A DNA stretch of 64,000 bases from Leeia speluncae (GCF_020564625.1 NZ_JAJBZT010000002.1:387141-451140); one strand, 5' to 3'. Numbered from the stretch's first letter, positions 49,956 through 60,125 are shown. Numbers and translations: made by a program. Notes: generated by a model not told the origin, from the letters alone.

Positions 49956-50615
49956 TTAAGAAGAACCCCGTTTATGAGATTGGCTAAACTCGCGGTAAAG
50001 TTCGACAGTCCGCTGAATACTAATATGCGACTCATCTGGAAAGGTTCGCAGGCGAATCCAATATTCGCCAGCAAACATCAACCCTAGCGAAACCGGTGCG
50101 GCAATGGCATCAAAGATTGCCCACTTGGGTGCCGGCACAGTCAGAAAAAGTAGCAAAGAGCTACATCCCGCCACCACAAAATACACCGTCCACACCAAGG
50201 TGACTTTCCACGTATAGCGTAAGTAGCGCTCGGTTAAGGGCTCCGATTTTGCCAGTGCCGCTATTTTGGAACATAGCGCGTTGGCGGGGCTGCCTAGCGT
50301 AGAACCAAACATCAACGCCAAAGAGAACATCGCAAATAAATACTGCGCCAAATACAACCAAACCGAATGCTTTAAAAACCAATCGGTTTCTTGCCAAAAC
50401 CACACTGCTAAGGCACCAAAAGCCATCAGCACAGGGTAACGCAGTTTGGTTTTCCAACTAAATCCCAATACGCCGAGTGCAAACGGCGTAACGCCCACAA
50501 AAAAAGCGATGAGCGGTGGCCGATCAGACGCCGATGCCAAGTAGGCAAGCGACATATAGCCGATTACTAAGCCAGCAATGCCGGCTAGTTTTAGCCATCG
50601 CCAAATGGGGTTCAT
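49956..50615 (-). CDS. Hypothetical integral membrane protein of the lipid cluster
   Basis: Six predicted TM helices. Confidence 0.35.
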   Translation of the reverse strand: MNPIWRWLKLAGIAGLVIGYMSLAYLASASDRPPLIAFFVGVTPFALGVLGFSWKTKLRYPVLMAFGALAVWFWQETDWFLKHSVWLYLAQYLFAMFSLALMFGSTLGSPANALCSKIAALAKSEPLTERYLRYTWKVTLVWTVYFVVAGCSSLLLFLTVPAPKWAIFDAIAAPVSLGLMFAGEYWIRLRTFPDESHISIQRTVELYREFSQSHKRGSS

Positions 50616-50878
50616 TTAGTACGGTTTTCCGCCACAAATGCAGTCAACGCACGCAGAGACGCAAAAATTTTGGTGTTGTCTGCGCTATCAGCTTTAATTT
50701 GTACGCCGTATTTTTTAGACAGTACCAAGGCAATTTCTAAAATATCGATAGAATCGACTCCCAAGCCATCACCATAAATAGGCGCTTCTGGATCGATTTC
50801 TTCTGGTGTCATTTCCAGATTGAGTGCGGACACAATTTGTCCGGCAATTTCTAGCTCTAATGCTTGATCATGAGACAC
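50612..50878 (-). CDS. Acyl carrier protein (second ACP)
   Basis: LGVDSIDILE phosphopantetheine site. Confidence 0.75.
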   Translation of the reverse strand: MSHDQALELEIAGQIVSALNLEMTPEEIDPEAPIYGDGLGVDSIDILEIALVLSKKYGVQIKADSADNTKIFASLRALTAFVAENRTK

Positions 50879-50937
50879 GATAGTTGATTCCTATAATTTG
50901 AGATGCCCGACCTATTTTTGTCGCCAACATCGCCATT

Positions 50938-50969
50938 CTGAAAATGATCATGTTATTATCATTTTTCAG
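50938..50969. promoter_or_regulatory. Near-perfect 12-bp inverted repeat (CTGAAAATGAT-N9-ATCATTTTTCAG) in the divergent promoter region of the lipid-pigment cluster
   Basis: The inverted repeat was read directly from the sequence. Confidence 0.5.
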
Positions 50970-51090
50970 TCTTTTACCCCGTTTTTCGCCAGGTATTTCC
51001 CCGATCAAATCGAGGTGAAAAATCTTGCAATTTTAACAGCTATTAACATATATGCCAATCAGCTAAGATTGGTCGTTTTGGAAGAAGTCT

Positions 51091-51759
51091 TTGTTACCCA
51101 CGTTTGGCTCAATTTCGCCACTAGCGTATCTAAAAAAAACAGCATTTTCTAATTTTTTGCTTAAGACAGTCGGCAACACTGCATTTATGACATTATTCTT
51201 TGTCGGCTACTTATATTTGCTACACCACCCGAGCGGCAACATCACCCGCATTCCCACCACCATTGTGGATCAGATAGTTCCGTTTAGCATGTATGGTCTA
51301 CCTGTCTATCTTTCCCTATGGCTGTACGTCTCTTTACCCAATTTTTTGATTCATACGTTCGCAGAGTTAGCAGATTATGGTTGGCGCGTGGCAACCCCTT
51401 GCGTGCTTGGACTCGCCATTTTCTATTTCTATCCCACCATGATCACCCCTAACCCCGCCGATTGGCACGGAATAGAAAGTATCGAGTTTCTAAAAAAAGT
51501 AGATGCAGCCGGTAATGCCTGCCCCTCTTTACACGTCGCCATGGCGCTCTATTCTTGCCTTTGGATGCACTGGCGCCTAGCTAGAATCCGCGCTGCTAAA
51601 TGGGTAAATGTGATCAATTGGGCGTGGTGCATCGGGATTATTTGGTCCACCATGGCCATACGCCAACATTTTTTTATTGATGTGCTAGCAGGGATTTTAC
51701 TCGCTTTAACAACAGCTTACCTCACCAGGCTAAAATCTCATGCCATGCGTTTGACATGA
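51091..51759 (+). CDS. PAP2-superfamily-like membrane protein
   Basis: PSLHVAMAL / ...H... PAP2-like motifs; polytopic. Confidence 0.45.
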   Translation: MLPTFGSISPLAYLKKTAFSNFLLKTVGNTAFMTLFFVGYLYLLHHPSGNITRIPTTIVDQIVPFSMYGLPVYLSLWLYVSLPNFLIHTFAELADYGWRVATPCVLGLAIFYFYPTMITPNPADWHGIESIEFLKKVDAAGNACPSLHVAMALYSCLWMHWRLARIRAAKWVNVINWAWCIGIIWSTMAIRQHFFIDVLAGILLALTTAYLTRLKSHAMRLT

Positions 51760-51826
51760 CGATGCGCATCGCGCACAATCCGCCCAGCCAAAAGCAAATC
51801 TGCATCTAGCGTACCGGAATACACCC

Positions 51827-52819
51827 ATGCCGTTGTTGTTTACACATTCAGCCAAAGACATTGCTAACCGCCATCTATTAGGGGCGGCTAGTACTCAAGA
51901 CGTCTCACCATCCGCCACACAAAGTACCCCGTTTCAGACCTTACACATGCCTGTATTAGGTCAATCGGCGCAAGAAGCTGGCGAGTTTTGGTTAGTAGAG
52001 AAAGCCTGCCAAGCAGCACAATTTGGTGATATTCGCTACCAATGGAATGAAGATTTCCTATTTGGCGTGGTCGAACTAGATGAACACAGCATCCACGCAA
52101 CAGACACGCATCCCCTGCAAGTATTGGCAGAAAAAGCCTATTTACAGATTTTCGAGTTACTAGACCAAACCGGCTTTCCGCATATTTGGCGGGTGTGGAA
52201 TTACATGCCAGCCATCAACCAGCAGGAAAATGGCGTAGAGCGCTATCGCTGGTTTAATATTGGCCGTCATGAAGCATTTAATAAGACACAGCGGGAAGTC
52301 TCTTTTAGCCCGGCAGCCTGTGCATTAGGCTCGCACAATGGCCCGCTGAGTATTGCGTTTTTGGCAGCCAAAACCCCGACAAAACGCATTGAAAACCCGC
52401 GCCAAGTAAGTGCCTTTAATTACCCGAGTGAATACGGTCCCAAAAGCCCTACCTTCACCCGAGCAGCCCTTGCAGCCCTAAATGGCAAACATATTTTATT
52501 CATTTCTGGTACGGCGAGTATTGTGAATCACCACACCGTCCATATTGGCGATATTGTCGGGCAAACCCAAGAAACGTTTACCAATATTCACACGCTGGTG
52601 AATGAAGCAAATACGCTCATTCGGCATCCTGCTTTTGCAATGAACCAACTGTATTACAAAGTCTATATTCGTCATCCACAGCATTTTGCATTGGTGAAAG
52701 AGATTGTAGAAAAAACGGTTGGTAATGCCGCCGTACAATACGTACAAGCAGATATTTGTCGTCAGGATTTATTGGTAGAAATTGAAGCGCACGGCATTAA
52801 TCGCAGCCAAATCAATTAA
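51827..52819 (+). CDS. Chorismatase-family protein (XanB2/FkbO/Hyg5-like; C-terminal RidA/YjgF fold)
   Basis: C-terminal RidA-like motif ISGTASI...GDIVGQTQETF...YYKVYI...LLVEIEAHGI. The start may be the downstream Met (MPVLGQ...). Confidence 0.5.
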   Translation: MPLLFTHSAKDIANRHLLGAASTQDVSPSATQSTPFQTLHMPVLGQSAQEAGEFWLVEKACQAAQFGDIRYQWNEDFLFGVVELDEHSIHATDTHPLQVLAEKAYLQIFELLDQTGFPHIWRVWNYMPAINQQENGVERYRWFNIGRHEAFNKTQREVSFSPAACALGSHNGPLSIAFLAAKTPTKRIENPRQVSAFNYPSEYGPKSPTFTRAALAALNGKHILFISGTASIVNHHTVHIGDIVGQTQETFTNIHTLVNEANTLIRHPAFAMNQLYYKVYIRHPQHFALVKEIVEKTVGNAAVQYVQADICRQDLLVEIEAHGINRSQIN

Positions 52820-52842
52820 GCCGAGTTAACACATCCATACAG

Positions 52843-52873
52843 GGAAAGCAGCGCAATCAATGGGCTGCTTTCC
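52843..52873 (+). terminator. Stem-loop downstream of chorismatase-like gene
   Basis: Stem ggaaagcagc/gctgctttcc, but only a weak T-tract follows. Confidence 0.35.
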
Positions 52874-53005
52874 GACAAATCTTCATTATCACGCTTCTAT
52901 TAGTCGACTAAGCCAGTTATTTTTCCCATTTTGCGCAGTCTTTTACTTAATTTTTCTTTTTATTTCCTTTCAAGCAACTATAATTTTTCTGGTTAATTCA
53001 TTGAA

Positions 53006-54160
53006 TTGACATATTCATATTATATTGGGGTACGCTTGAACACGCTTCCGCAGCAATTTATTACCAATCTTCAAAAGAAACGGGCATCGTTAACCGAACG
53101 CCTAAGCCAGCTGCACGACATCATTTCTATTCGCTACCCATTTGTGCATCGTTTAGCCATGGCGCTATATGATCCTGAAACCGATTTGCTAAAAACCTTT
53201 ATTAGCAGTAATTCAGATGGCGAGCGCTTAGTCGGATACGAAGCAAAACTAGGCGATGTACCCAGCCTAAAAAGCCTTGCGGACGAGCGCAAAAGCCGTG
53301 TCGTCAATGACATCAATGGCTTATTTAATTCAGAAAAAGAACATACCACCTGGCTAAAAGCGCACCATTACCAAAGTAGCTACACCCAACCCCTATTCCA
53401 AGGCGAGCATTTATCTGGCTTCATGTTTTTTGATTCGCGCTCTGCAAATGTATTTACCGCAGAAACGACCTCTTTTTTAGATGTTTTTGCCGAACTCACG
53501 TCTGAACTATATTTGCTGGAATTACGTGCCATGCGGAGTCTAATTGGCACGGTACAAGTTGCGAGTGGCCTCGCCAAGATTCGAGATTTAGAAACCGGCA
53601 ATCACTTACAACGCATTGCCAATTACGCACGGCTAATTGCTAAAAAAATCGCCAATCACTTCGAATTGGATGATGAGTTTATCGAATACCTACATCTCTT
53701 TGCTCCACTGCACGATATTGGCAAAGTCGGCATGCCCGACGATATATTGTTGAAACCGGGGCGATTATTAGACGATGAATGGGTCATCATGCGTCAGCAT
53801 GTCGAGTTAGGCGAAAAACTGATTGCCCAATTAATTGATGAGCTTGGCTTAGAAGAAGGCATCGCCACAAGTATGATGCGCAATGTGGTGGCATATCACC
53901 ATGAACGCTGTGATGGTTCTGGCTATCCTAGGGGCTTAACAGACCATCAAATCCCCATCGAAGCCAAAATTATTGCCGTCGCGGATGTGTATGATTCCCT
54001 CGCTCATCGCCGCCCCTACAAGCAACCATGGACGGAAGTCGCCATTTTGGCCGAGCTAAAAGAGGAAGCAGCCTCCGGCAAACTAGACCCAGTTTGTGTA
54101 GATGCTATTCTAAATAGCCCTACCGAGTTCTCTCACATCCGCCACAACTTCCCTGATTAG
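53006..54160 (+). CDS. HD-GYP domain protein with N-terminal sensory (GAF-like) region
   Basis: HD motif (FAPLHDIGKVGMPD), HHERCDGSGYPRGL. Start uncertain. Confidence 0.75.
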   Translation: MTYSYYIGVRLNTLPQQFITNLQKKRASLTERLSQLHDIISIRYPFVHRLAMALYDPETDLLKTFISSNSDGERLVGYEAKLGDVPSLKSLADERKSRVVNDINGLFNSEKEHTTWLKAHHYQSSYTQPLFQGEHLSGFMFFDSRSANVFTAETTSFLDVFAELTSELYLLELRAMRSLIGTVQVASGLAKIRDLETGNHLQRIANYARLIAKKIANHFELDDEFIEYLHLFAPLHDIGKVGMPDDILLKPGRLLDDEWVIMRQHVELGEKLIAQLIDELGLEEGIATSMMRNVVAYHHERCDGSGYPRGLTDHQIPIEAKIIAVADVYDSLAHRRPYKQPWTEVAILAELKEEAASGKLDPVCVDAILNSPTEFSHIRHNFPD

Positions 54161-54169
54161 TTTGAATCG

Positions 54170-56686
54170 TTAATTGCGACCCCAACCATTGGCGTCGAGC
54201 ACCGCTTGTATCGCCGGGTCTGGCTGTTCGGCTTGTCTAGCCAATAACAATCGCTTCGCCTCTTCCCGATCTTCGGGGGTCCCGCTTGCAAACAGCACAT
54301 CCGCTAACACCAGCAAAGAGGCGAGTTGCTCATCACCAACCGCCATATACGCCCATCGATACGCTCTTTCCTGACGCTTTTGCTTTTGCAGCGGCGTATC
54401 AGTGGCTTGATGATTCGAGATTAACAAAGCAGCAGCCTGCCTAGCAGCAATGCTATCGCCACATTCGGCCGCCTTTTCTAGCCAACTAATCGCAGAAGGA
54501 AGATGAATACTGGTCCCATAGCCATAGCAAAATGCTTCTCCCAGATTTCGCATCGCCACCACAATGCCTCTCTCCGCTGGCCAACGAAATAATTCAAACG
54601 CTCGTTTTTCGTCTTTTGGCCCGCCCTCTCCATTTTGTAGCATGCTCGCAAAATTATTTTGCGCCCACGGAAAACGATGAAGTACAGACTCATACAATTG
54701 GCGTGCGCGGACTAAATCGACAGGACCGGCTAGTTCGTTTGTCAAACTATAGGCATATTCAGCGATAGCCGCCTCATGCCCTTGCGCTGCCGCTTTTTGT
54801 AACCATGCGCGAGCAGCGACTAGATCCGTGTTTTCGACATGCCCCGCCATCCGATAGCACGCCTCTGCCTCCCCGGCATTGGCCTTGGGCAATTGCCAAT
54901 CCACGTCAGAGACCATCTGACCATCGGCAAACAACCACACCGACCCCATGAATGTCGCAGATTGGCTAAGCGGCTTGCCGATCATGGCTTCTACTGGCTC
55001 GCCTGTTGCCCATGGTACTAAACAATGCAGGTAGAGCACGCCTTTCCAATGCCAGCCCCCTTTGGGATTCGCCGCATCATCATGCAACCATTGAAATTGA
55101 TACGGAAACATCAACTTACCGGTTGCCGAATAAAAGCGCATTTCACCTTGCTCTTTATCGACCCCCAGCAAATACACCGCCGAATCACCAATTAGCGGTA
55201 ATACTTTTTTTAAGCCATTCATCGACAACACAGACTGACCGGCTTCCATGTCCCACACAAATGATTTTCTTTTTTCGGCCACTTCCCAAAAACGATGACA
55301 ACCGGGACGAACGGTCGCTTCGACGGCTTCTAGTGGTTTGAGTTTATCGAACTGACACGGTAACCAAACATGTCCATCGTTGCCAACAACCCCTTTCAGA
55401 CCTGCTTTTTCAACAAGCCACGCCAGCTGTTTACCTTGATCATCCAGCGGTAACGCCTCGATTGCATGCCATTCGCCAGCCAACCACGTCTCGCCTAGCG
55501 GTGAAAGCCGGCCAAGCAGATTATCTTTACTGGTTTGCCAACCGGCTGCATGGCCTGTTTTCCATTCTATTGCGTCATACACAGGCGGAAGCACCCAGCG
55601 CCCACCTTCATCCATCAATCCCCAGCCACCTTGCTTGGCAAGCAATCGAACCCCACTAGCTTGTTCATCTTTCAGTAAACTAGCACTATGCAGATCGTCC
55701 AACTCAATCGGGATCACCACTTTGCCATCGCGCCCCAGCATCCCCCATTTACCATTCAAAGAGACAGGGGCCAATCCCTCATCAAAACCATATGCATCAT
55801 CAAATTGTGGGGTCGCCAACCACTGGCCATCTAGCTCAAGAAGACCAAACCGGCCTGCAACCTGAACAATGGCAATGCCACCATGTATCCCTTCATAAAC
55901 ATCAAATTCAGCAGGGGTAACCACGCGGCCAGAGCGGTGCAGCAATCCCCAATGTAAGCCTTGCCGATACCCCGTAACGGCTACCTCATCATCAAAGGGC
56001 AAGAGTTCATCCGCAAAAGGGGATGCAAGAACGGCCCCGTCCTCATCCCTCAATCCCCATTGCCCATCCGCGTAAAATGCAGTCAGGCCATCGCCTAATG
56101 GAACCGGTGCAGTCGCTTTCTCGGACTGATAATCCGCCCAGCTCTGTTTCTCCCAACGGCTCTCCCAGAAATATGCGTCCTCCCACCACGTGAGGCCCGT
56201 TTGAGACAACCAATCCGCCGCCGTTTCTACACCAAATAGCTGGTTTAACCCCGCCACCTCTTTATTGGCGATGAATGGATCACAACTCGACCGAAACGAC
56301 CGTAGCTCATCAATCGTTTGGCTTAAAAAATCTGCCTCCGATATATCCGCTTCCATCATAAATAGCTCAGCTAGCTCAACCGTTAATTTGGTTGGATATG
56401 CGGCCAAATATGATCTAACTGCATCCAATGCCTGCAAAAAATGATTATCTTTAGAAAACGAAGCGTCTGCTTCTAGCACGCCTAACAAACCATTCAGCGC
56501 GGCCCAACTAGCCTTTTGCCGAGTCCGCAGGGTTAACCCCCCCTCATCAGCGATCACATCCCCCAGCAACAAACACCATACAGGGGGAACCTCATACTTT
56601 GCCTCGCTCAGCATCTCGTACTCGCCTTGGCGTTCGGCATACAAATAAATTCGATTCCCCATGCGTAGACTTTCTACTCCAATCAA
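54170..56686 (-). CDS. Large WG beta-repeat plus Sel1/TPR-repeat protein
   Basis: Repeated GxWG..D.G motifs (KWGMLGRDG, QWGLRDEDG, GWGLMDEGG) and C-terminal Sel1-like A..G.......G repeats. Confidence 0.55.
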   Translation of the reverse strand: MIGVESLRMGNRIYLYAERQGEYEMLSEAKYEVPPVWCLLLGDVIADEGGLTLRTRQKASWAALNGLLGVLEADASFSKDNHFLQALDAVRSYLAAYPTKLTVELAELFMMEADISEADFLSQTIDELRSFRSSCDPFIANKEVAGLNQLFGVETAADWLSQTGLTWWEDAYFWESRWEKQSWADYQSEKATAPVPLGDGLTAFYADGQWGLRDEDGAVLASPFADELLPFDDEVAVTGYRQGLHWGLLHRSGRVVTPAEFDVYEGIHGGIAIVQVAGRFGLLELDGQWLATPQFDDAYGFDEGLAPVSLNGKWGMLGRDGKVVIPIELDDLHSASLLKDEQASGVRLLAKQGGWGLMDEGGRWVLPPVYDAIEWKTGHAAGWQTSKDNLLGRLSPLGETWLAGEWHAIEALPLDDQGKQLAWLVEKAGLKGVVGNDGHVWLPCQFDKLKPLEAVEATVRPGCHRFWEVAEKRKSFVWDMEAGQSVLSMNGLKKVLPLIGDSAVYLLGVDKEQGEMRFYSATGKLMFPYQFQWLHDDAANPKGGWHWKGVLYLHCLVPWATGEPVEAMIGKPLSQSATFMGSVWLFADGQMVSDVDWQLPKANAGEAEACYRMAGHVENTDLVAARAWLQKAAAQGHEAAIAEYAYSLTNELAGPVDLVRARQLYESVLHRFPWAQNNFASMLQNGEGGPKDEKRAFELFRWPAERGIVVAMRNLGEAFCYGYGTSIHLPSAISWLEKAAECGDSIAARQAAALLISNHQATDTPLQKQKRQERAYRWAYMAVGDEQLASLLVLADVLFASGTPEDREEAKRLLLARQAEQPDPAIQAVLDANGWGRN

Positions 56687-56738
56687 CGATTGCGACTCGC
56701 CTCGCTGCCCTCATCCAATAGGGAAGGCAGAAGCCCGG

Positions 56739-57116
56739 TTATTTTTTCTTTTTAGGAGGAACAGGCGAATAAAGCCCATCGATTTCGGCGCTCGCGCCGC
56801 AGTAGGAACGGCAAGCAGAATTTTCGGCGGCCACTTCAATGCTTTTCCCTTTTGGCACAAAACTGAGCTCGCACTTTTCTTCTGCGCTCGCCCCGCCGGT
56901 GAAGCCCTTATTACCCACCACTTTCCCCTCCAGACTACATGAACTTTGGCCTCCGACCGTTTCTAGCTGAAATGTCCCTTTATTGCTAAGGATCAGCTCC
57001 CCCCAATTGCCTTTAGTTTGATATTTGCCCGGCTCAAAGGCATGGCTGACCGCACTGACGGCCAATAAGCTAATCATCAATAGGGAGCGAAGTGGCTGGC
57101 GTAAACGCATAATCAT
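56739..57116 (-). CDS. Small secreted protein (signal peptide), hypothetical
   Basis: Signal peptide (LLMISLLAVSAVSHA). The start is probably an internal Met. Confidence 0.35.
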   Translation of the reverse strand: MIMRLRQPLRSLLMISLLAVSAVSHAFEPGKYQTKGNWGELILSNKGTFQLETVGGQSSCSLEGKVVGNKGFTGGASAEEKCELSFVPKGKSIEVAAENSACRSYCGASAEIDGLYSPVPPKKKK

Positions 57117-57248
57117 TATCCTTAGTATGCAAAAAGCATGAATTTTATCCGCAATGCCATTTGCATGCAAATGATAGTGTGCGCTATGTTTGCGTAATAC
57201 CCGCAGAGACTATTACTTTTCGCAGAGTTTGCGGTGAGGTAGCCTGAA

Positions 57249-57773
57249 AAAAAACAATTTACGCCAACATGGCCTAATGAAGCGTGGGTGAGCGATATTA
57301 CCTATATCTCGACCAAGGAAGGTTGGTTATACCTTGCTGGCATCAAAGATATATTTACTTGTGAAATTGTCGGTTATGCCATGAGCTCGCGGATGACAAA
57401 GGATTTGGTCTGTCAGGCACGGTGGAAAGCAGTGAAGTGGAAGCGACCTCCGTTAGGCCTAATTCTGCATTCGGATAGAGGAAGTCAATATTGTGCACAT
57501 CACTACCAAAAGTTGGTGAAGCAGTTTGGCATGAGGACCTCAATGTCACGTAAAGGTAATTGCTATGATAATGCGCCTATGGAAAGCTTCTGGGGTAGTT
57601 TGAAAAATGAACTGATCTATCAGCATTGTTATGAAACGCGAGCAGAAGCAGAGGCATCTATCCAAGAATACATTGAAATATTCTACAACCGACAGCGAAG
57701 ACATTCACGACTGGGTTTCGTTGCGCCCTCTGTTTACGCACTGGAATTCAGCAAAAAGCAGCAACACGCTTAA
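57249..57773 (+). mobile_element. IS3-family transposase remnant (C-terminal DDE integrase-core portion only; 5' part absent)
   Basis: PNEAWVSDITYI...HSDRGSQY...ESFWGSLKNE motifs. The frame opens right after a stop, with no N-terminal HTH or OrfA. Confidence 0.75.
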
Positions 57774-57849
57774 GAGATGGTGTGTCTACTATTGTCAGGA
57801 CAGGTCAGCCCTCACCAATGCAGGCATCAAGTTCAAATTTGGGAAGCAA

Positions 57850-58295
57850 TGATGACTAAGGAAGATGATCAATTTCAGGTCTGGTTGATGGACATGAGCG
57901 ATGCCATAGAACGGTTTCGCCAGTTCATCCCCGTGGATATGGCAGCACGTTTGGATTTTTCGCCAGAGTCGTTGAGCTTGATCGAGGAATTTGCCTTGGC
58001 GAATTATCCGACGATCAATGACATCAAAAAGCAGAGCGAAGCAAAAGCGGTAGATGGCATGGCTCGATACGTCGGACAAGTGTTCCGTAAGTACTTTGGA
58101 GGGAAATGGATAATCGATTTTAACGACAAGAAAAATGTCTTCTATTGTTTGCCACAACTAACGGGAATGGCAGGTCAAAGAACGCAGATTTGCCCGTTAA
58201 CATTGGTTACAGCGTCTGTGGATAGGCGCACGGGGAAATTTATTCGCACGGTCTTCGACAACCATCAGCAGAACGCGAATAAGGTGCAGCAGTAG
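57850..58295 (+). CDS. Hypothetical protein
   Basis: ORF only. Confidence 0.3.
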
Positions 58296-58614
58296 ATGTG
58301 AAAAGCATGCATAAAAGGCCGCAAGACTAGGCACGATCAAGAATCTGGACTAACACATAATTTCATCGTTTCTTATGCCATGTTGTTTGCCAAGCTCGCA
58401 TGGCGAAATGGCTATCAAGTAGAAGTCGACTCCCCTTGGGTCCCCAAAGACTGGTTACCGATTTCCCCGCTAGAGAAATACGAAGACCCGTGGCCGTTTA
58501 TGCAGTCTTTTGATATCTACCAGCCCTTTCAAGGAGATTACGCCCCTTGGACACCAGTGCGCTTGTACAGAACGGAGTAGCAACAAGTGATTCGGGAGGT
58601 AGATATCCGAATGG

Positions 58615-58941
58615 TTGGGTAACCTATGCTTTACCAGACGGGAGAGCTGCGAGTTGGACTACGTCAGGCGAATTTATTGGATTTCGAGGAATGCTGAAAA
58701 AATGAAGGAACTAGTTTTTGAGAAAGTTGGGGACGTAAATAGCACTTACCCATATTTATGTGTCTATATTCAGGGGGATAACAACCCTTTTATGGAAATA
58801 GCTGTTAATGATTCGAGTATGCTTGAATTGACTGTTTATACCAACGAAAGAAATGTAGTGCTTACCACGGATCAATGGGAAGAGATCTTAAAGAGAGCGC
58901 GAGAATTTCTACCCAAAGCGCTTGAAAATGAAGATATTTAA
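58615..58941 (+). CDS. Hypothetical small protein (immunity-like position)
   Basis: ORF only; lower GC. Confidence 0.3.
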   Translation: MGNLCFTRRESCELDYVRRIYWISRNAEKMKELVFEKVGDVNSTYPYLCVYIQGDNNPFMEIAVNDSSMLELTVYTNERNVVLTTDQWEEILKRAREFLPKALENEDI

Positions 58942-58944
58942 TAA

Positions 58945-59214
58945 GTGGATGATTGGGCGACATCAATTCGTAACCCCAGTAGAGCAAACGGATCGAAACC
59001 GTGGGCTGTTGCCGAGCAGCAGAAAATGGTCGATCAAGCGCCGGTTACCCGAGTTCTTGAGAGTGCTAATGGTCCTCGCTACGTGCGAGAGATTGATTTG
59101 GGTAGGAACATAGGTGTTGATAAATTTAGCAATTTCCAGCCAACTTCAACAATTACCATTCTGACTGGTAGGTATGGCAACCTCGTTACGACAACTCCAG
59201 GGAAAATTAAATGA
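58945..59214 (+). CDS. Hypothetical small protein, stop overlaps next start (ATGA)
   Basis: ORF; translational coupling to 59211..59579. Confidence 0.3.
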   Translation: MDDWATSIRNPSRANGSKPWAVAEQQKMVDQAPVTRVLESANGPRYVREIDLGRNIGVDKFSNFQPTSTITILTGRYGNLVTTTPGKIK

Positions 59215-59579
59215 AGTTAACAAATTCAGATACCGAGAAGGAATGTCGCGCTGATTTAATTGATTCCAAAAAATATCTAATGGAATCTGAAAAAGGGCAG
59301 CACGTACTTAAGCATGCAAGAAAAATCTGTGGAGATATTAAAACTATTTATGCACTTTCTCATACTCCTGAGCAAGGCGAGGATATTTTTAGAGTCCTAG
59401 TGAACGGTGAAAGAATTTTTGGTTTTGATTTGCAAGATGAAGCAGGGCAATTTGAGGCATTTAACATAACCACATACTCATTAAAGGAATATGAAAGACT
59501 GTTAACAGGAAAAATGGGTAAGTTGATGCTTGCTATTGCATTAGATTTATCAAAAGGAGATATGCAAGTCGATAATTAG
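59211..59579 (+). CDS. Hypothetical small protein (immunity-like partner)
   Basis: ORF; ATGA coupling. Confidence 0.35.
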   Translation: MKLTNSDTEKECRADLIDSKKYLMESEKGQHVLKHARKICGDIKTIYALSHTPEQGEDIFRVLVNGERIFGFDLQDEAGQFEAFNITTYSLKEYERLLTGKMGKLMLAIALDLSKGDMQVDN

Positions 59580-59919
59580 TTGGGGCAAATAGCGTAGAGC
59601 TTGCTGCTACCCGAGCAAGTGTCGATGACAAATTGGCGCGCTATTTGTTGAATGCAGAACATCCAGTTGGTGGTCCAGAAGCGAAATGGTTTGATTCTGC
59701 TCTTGGATTTAATCCTGGCAATGCCACCAGCTTGCAAAACAAGTAGTCTTTAATGAAGCCTCAGCAATTCAAACGGCAGTTACTGAACACGGCATTAAAT
59801 TTAATCAAGTCATTCCTGTCACCGGAGCAAATGGCAAAGTTATTGACGTGACATTTGGATGGATTCGAAATAATGACGGCATAGTCAGATTAACAACAGC
59901 TATTCCGACCAAAAAATGA
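59576..59919 (+). pseudogene. Start-less, frameshifted toxin-C-terminal-like fragment (KLARYLLNAEHPVGG..AKWFDSALGF.. then a frame switch ..VIDVTFGWIRNNDG..), coupled by ATGA to the DUF4926 gene
   Basis: Hand translation shows two adjacent reading frames with no Met. The fragment ends in a TGA that overlaps the ATG of 59916. Confidence 0.4.
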
Positions 59920-60125
59920 ATACAAAATTCTTTGAGTATGACGTAGTGAGATCAACTCGCTCTCTCGGGGATGGCGTACCGAGTGGGACAACCGGAGCCA
60001 TTTTGATGGTGTTTGCATCAGAACATCCCCAGTATGAAGTTGAGTTTGTTGACAGCGAAGGCGAATCACTAGCCGTATTAACAGTGAAAGAGGAGGATTT
60101 AGAACTTGTGCAGCGTTCTGGTTGA
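59916..60125 (+). CDS. DUF4926-family small protein (immunity/antitoxin-like)
   Basis: FEYDVV...G...G..G.I......YEVEF.D..G......L...DLELV matches the DUF4926 pattern. Confidence 0.55.
   Translation: MNTKFFEYDVVRSTRSLGDGVPSGTTGAILMVFASEHPQYEVEFVDSEGESLAVLTVKEEDLELVQRSG

Noticed and set aside
57288-57773. An intact IS3 transposase gene
   Set aside because: The frame opens immediately after a stop codon at the conserved PNEAWVSDITYI motif. The OrfA/HTH and the N-terminal part of OrfB are missing and no inverted repeats were found, so it is a remnant.
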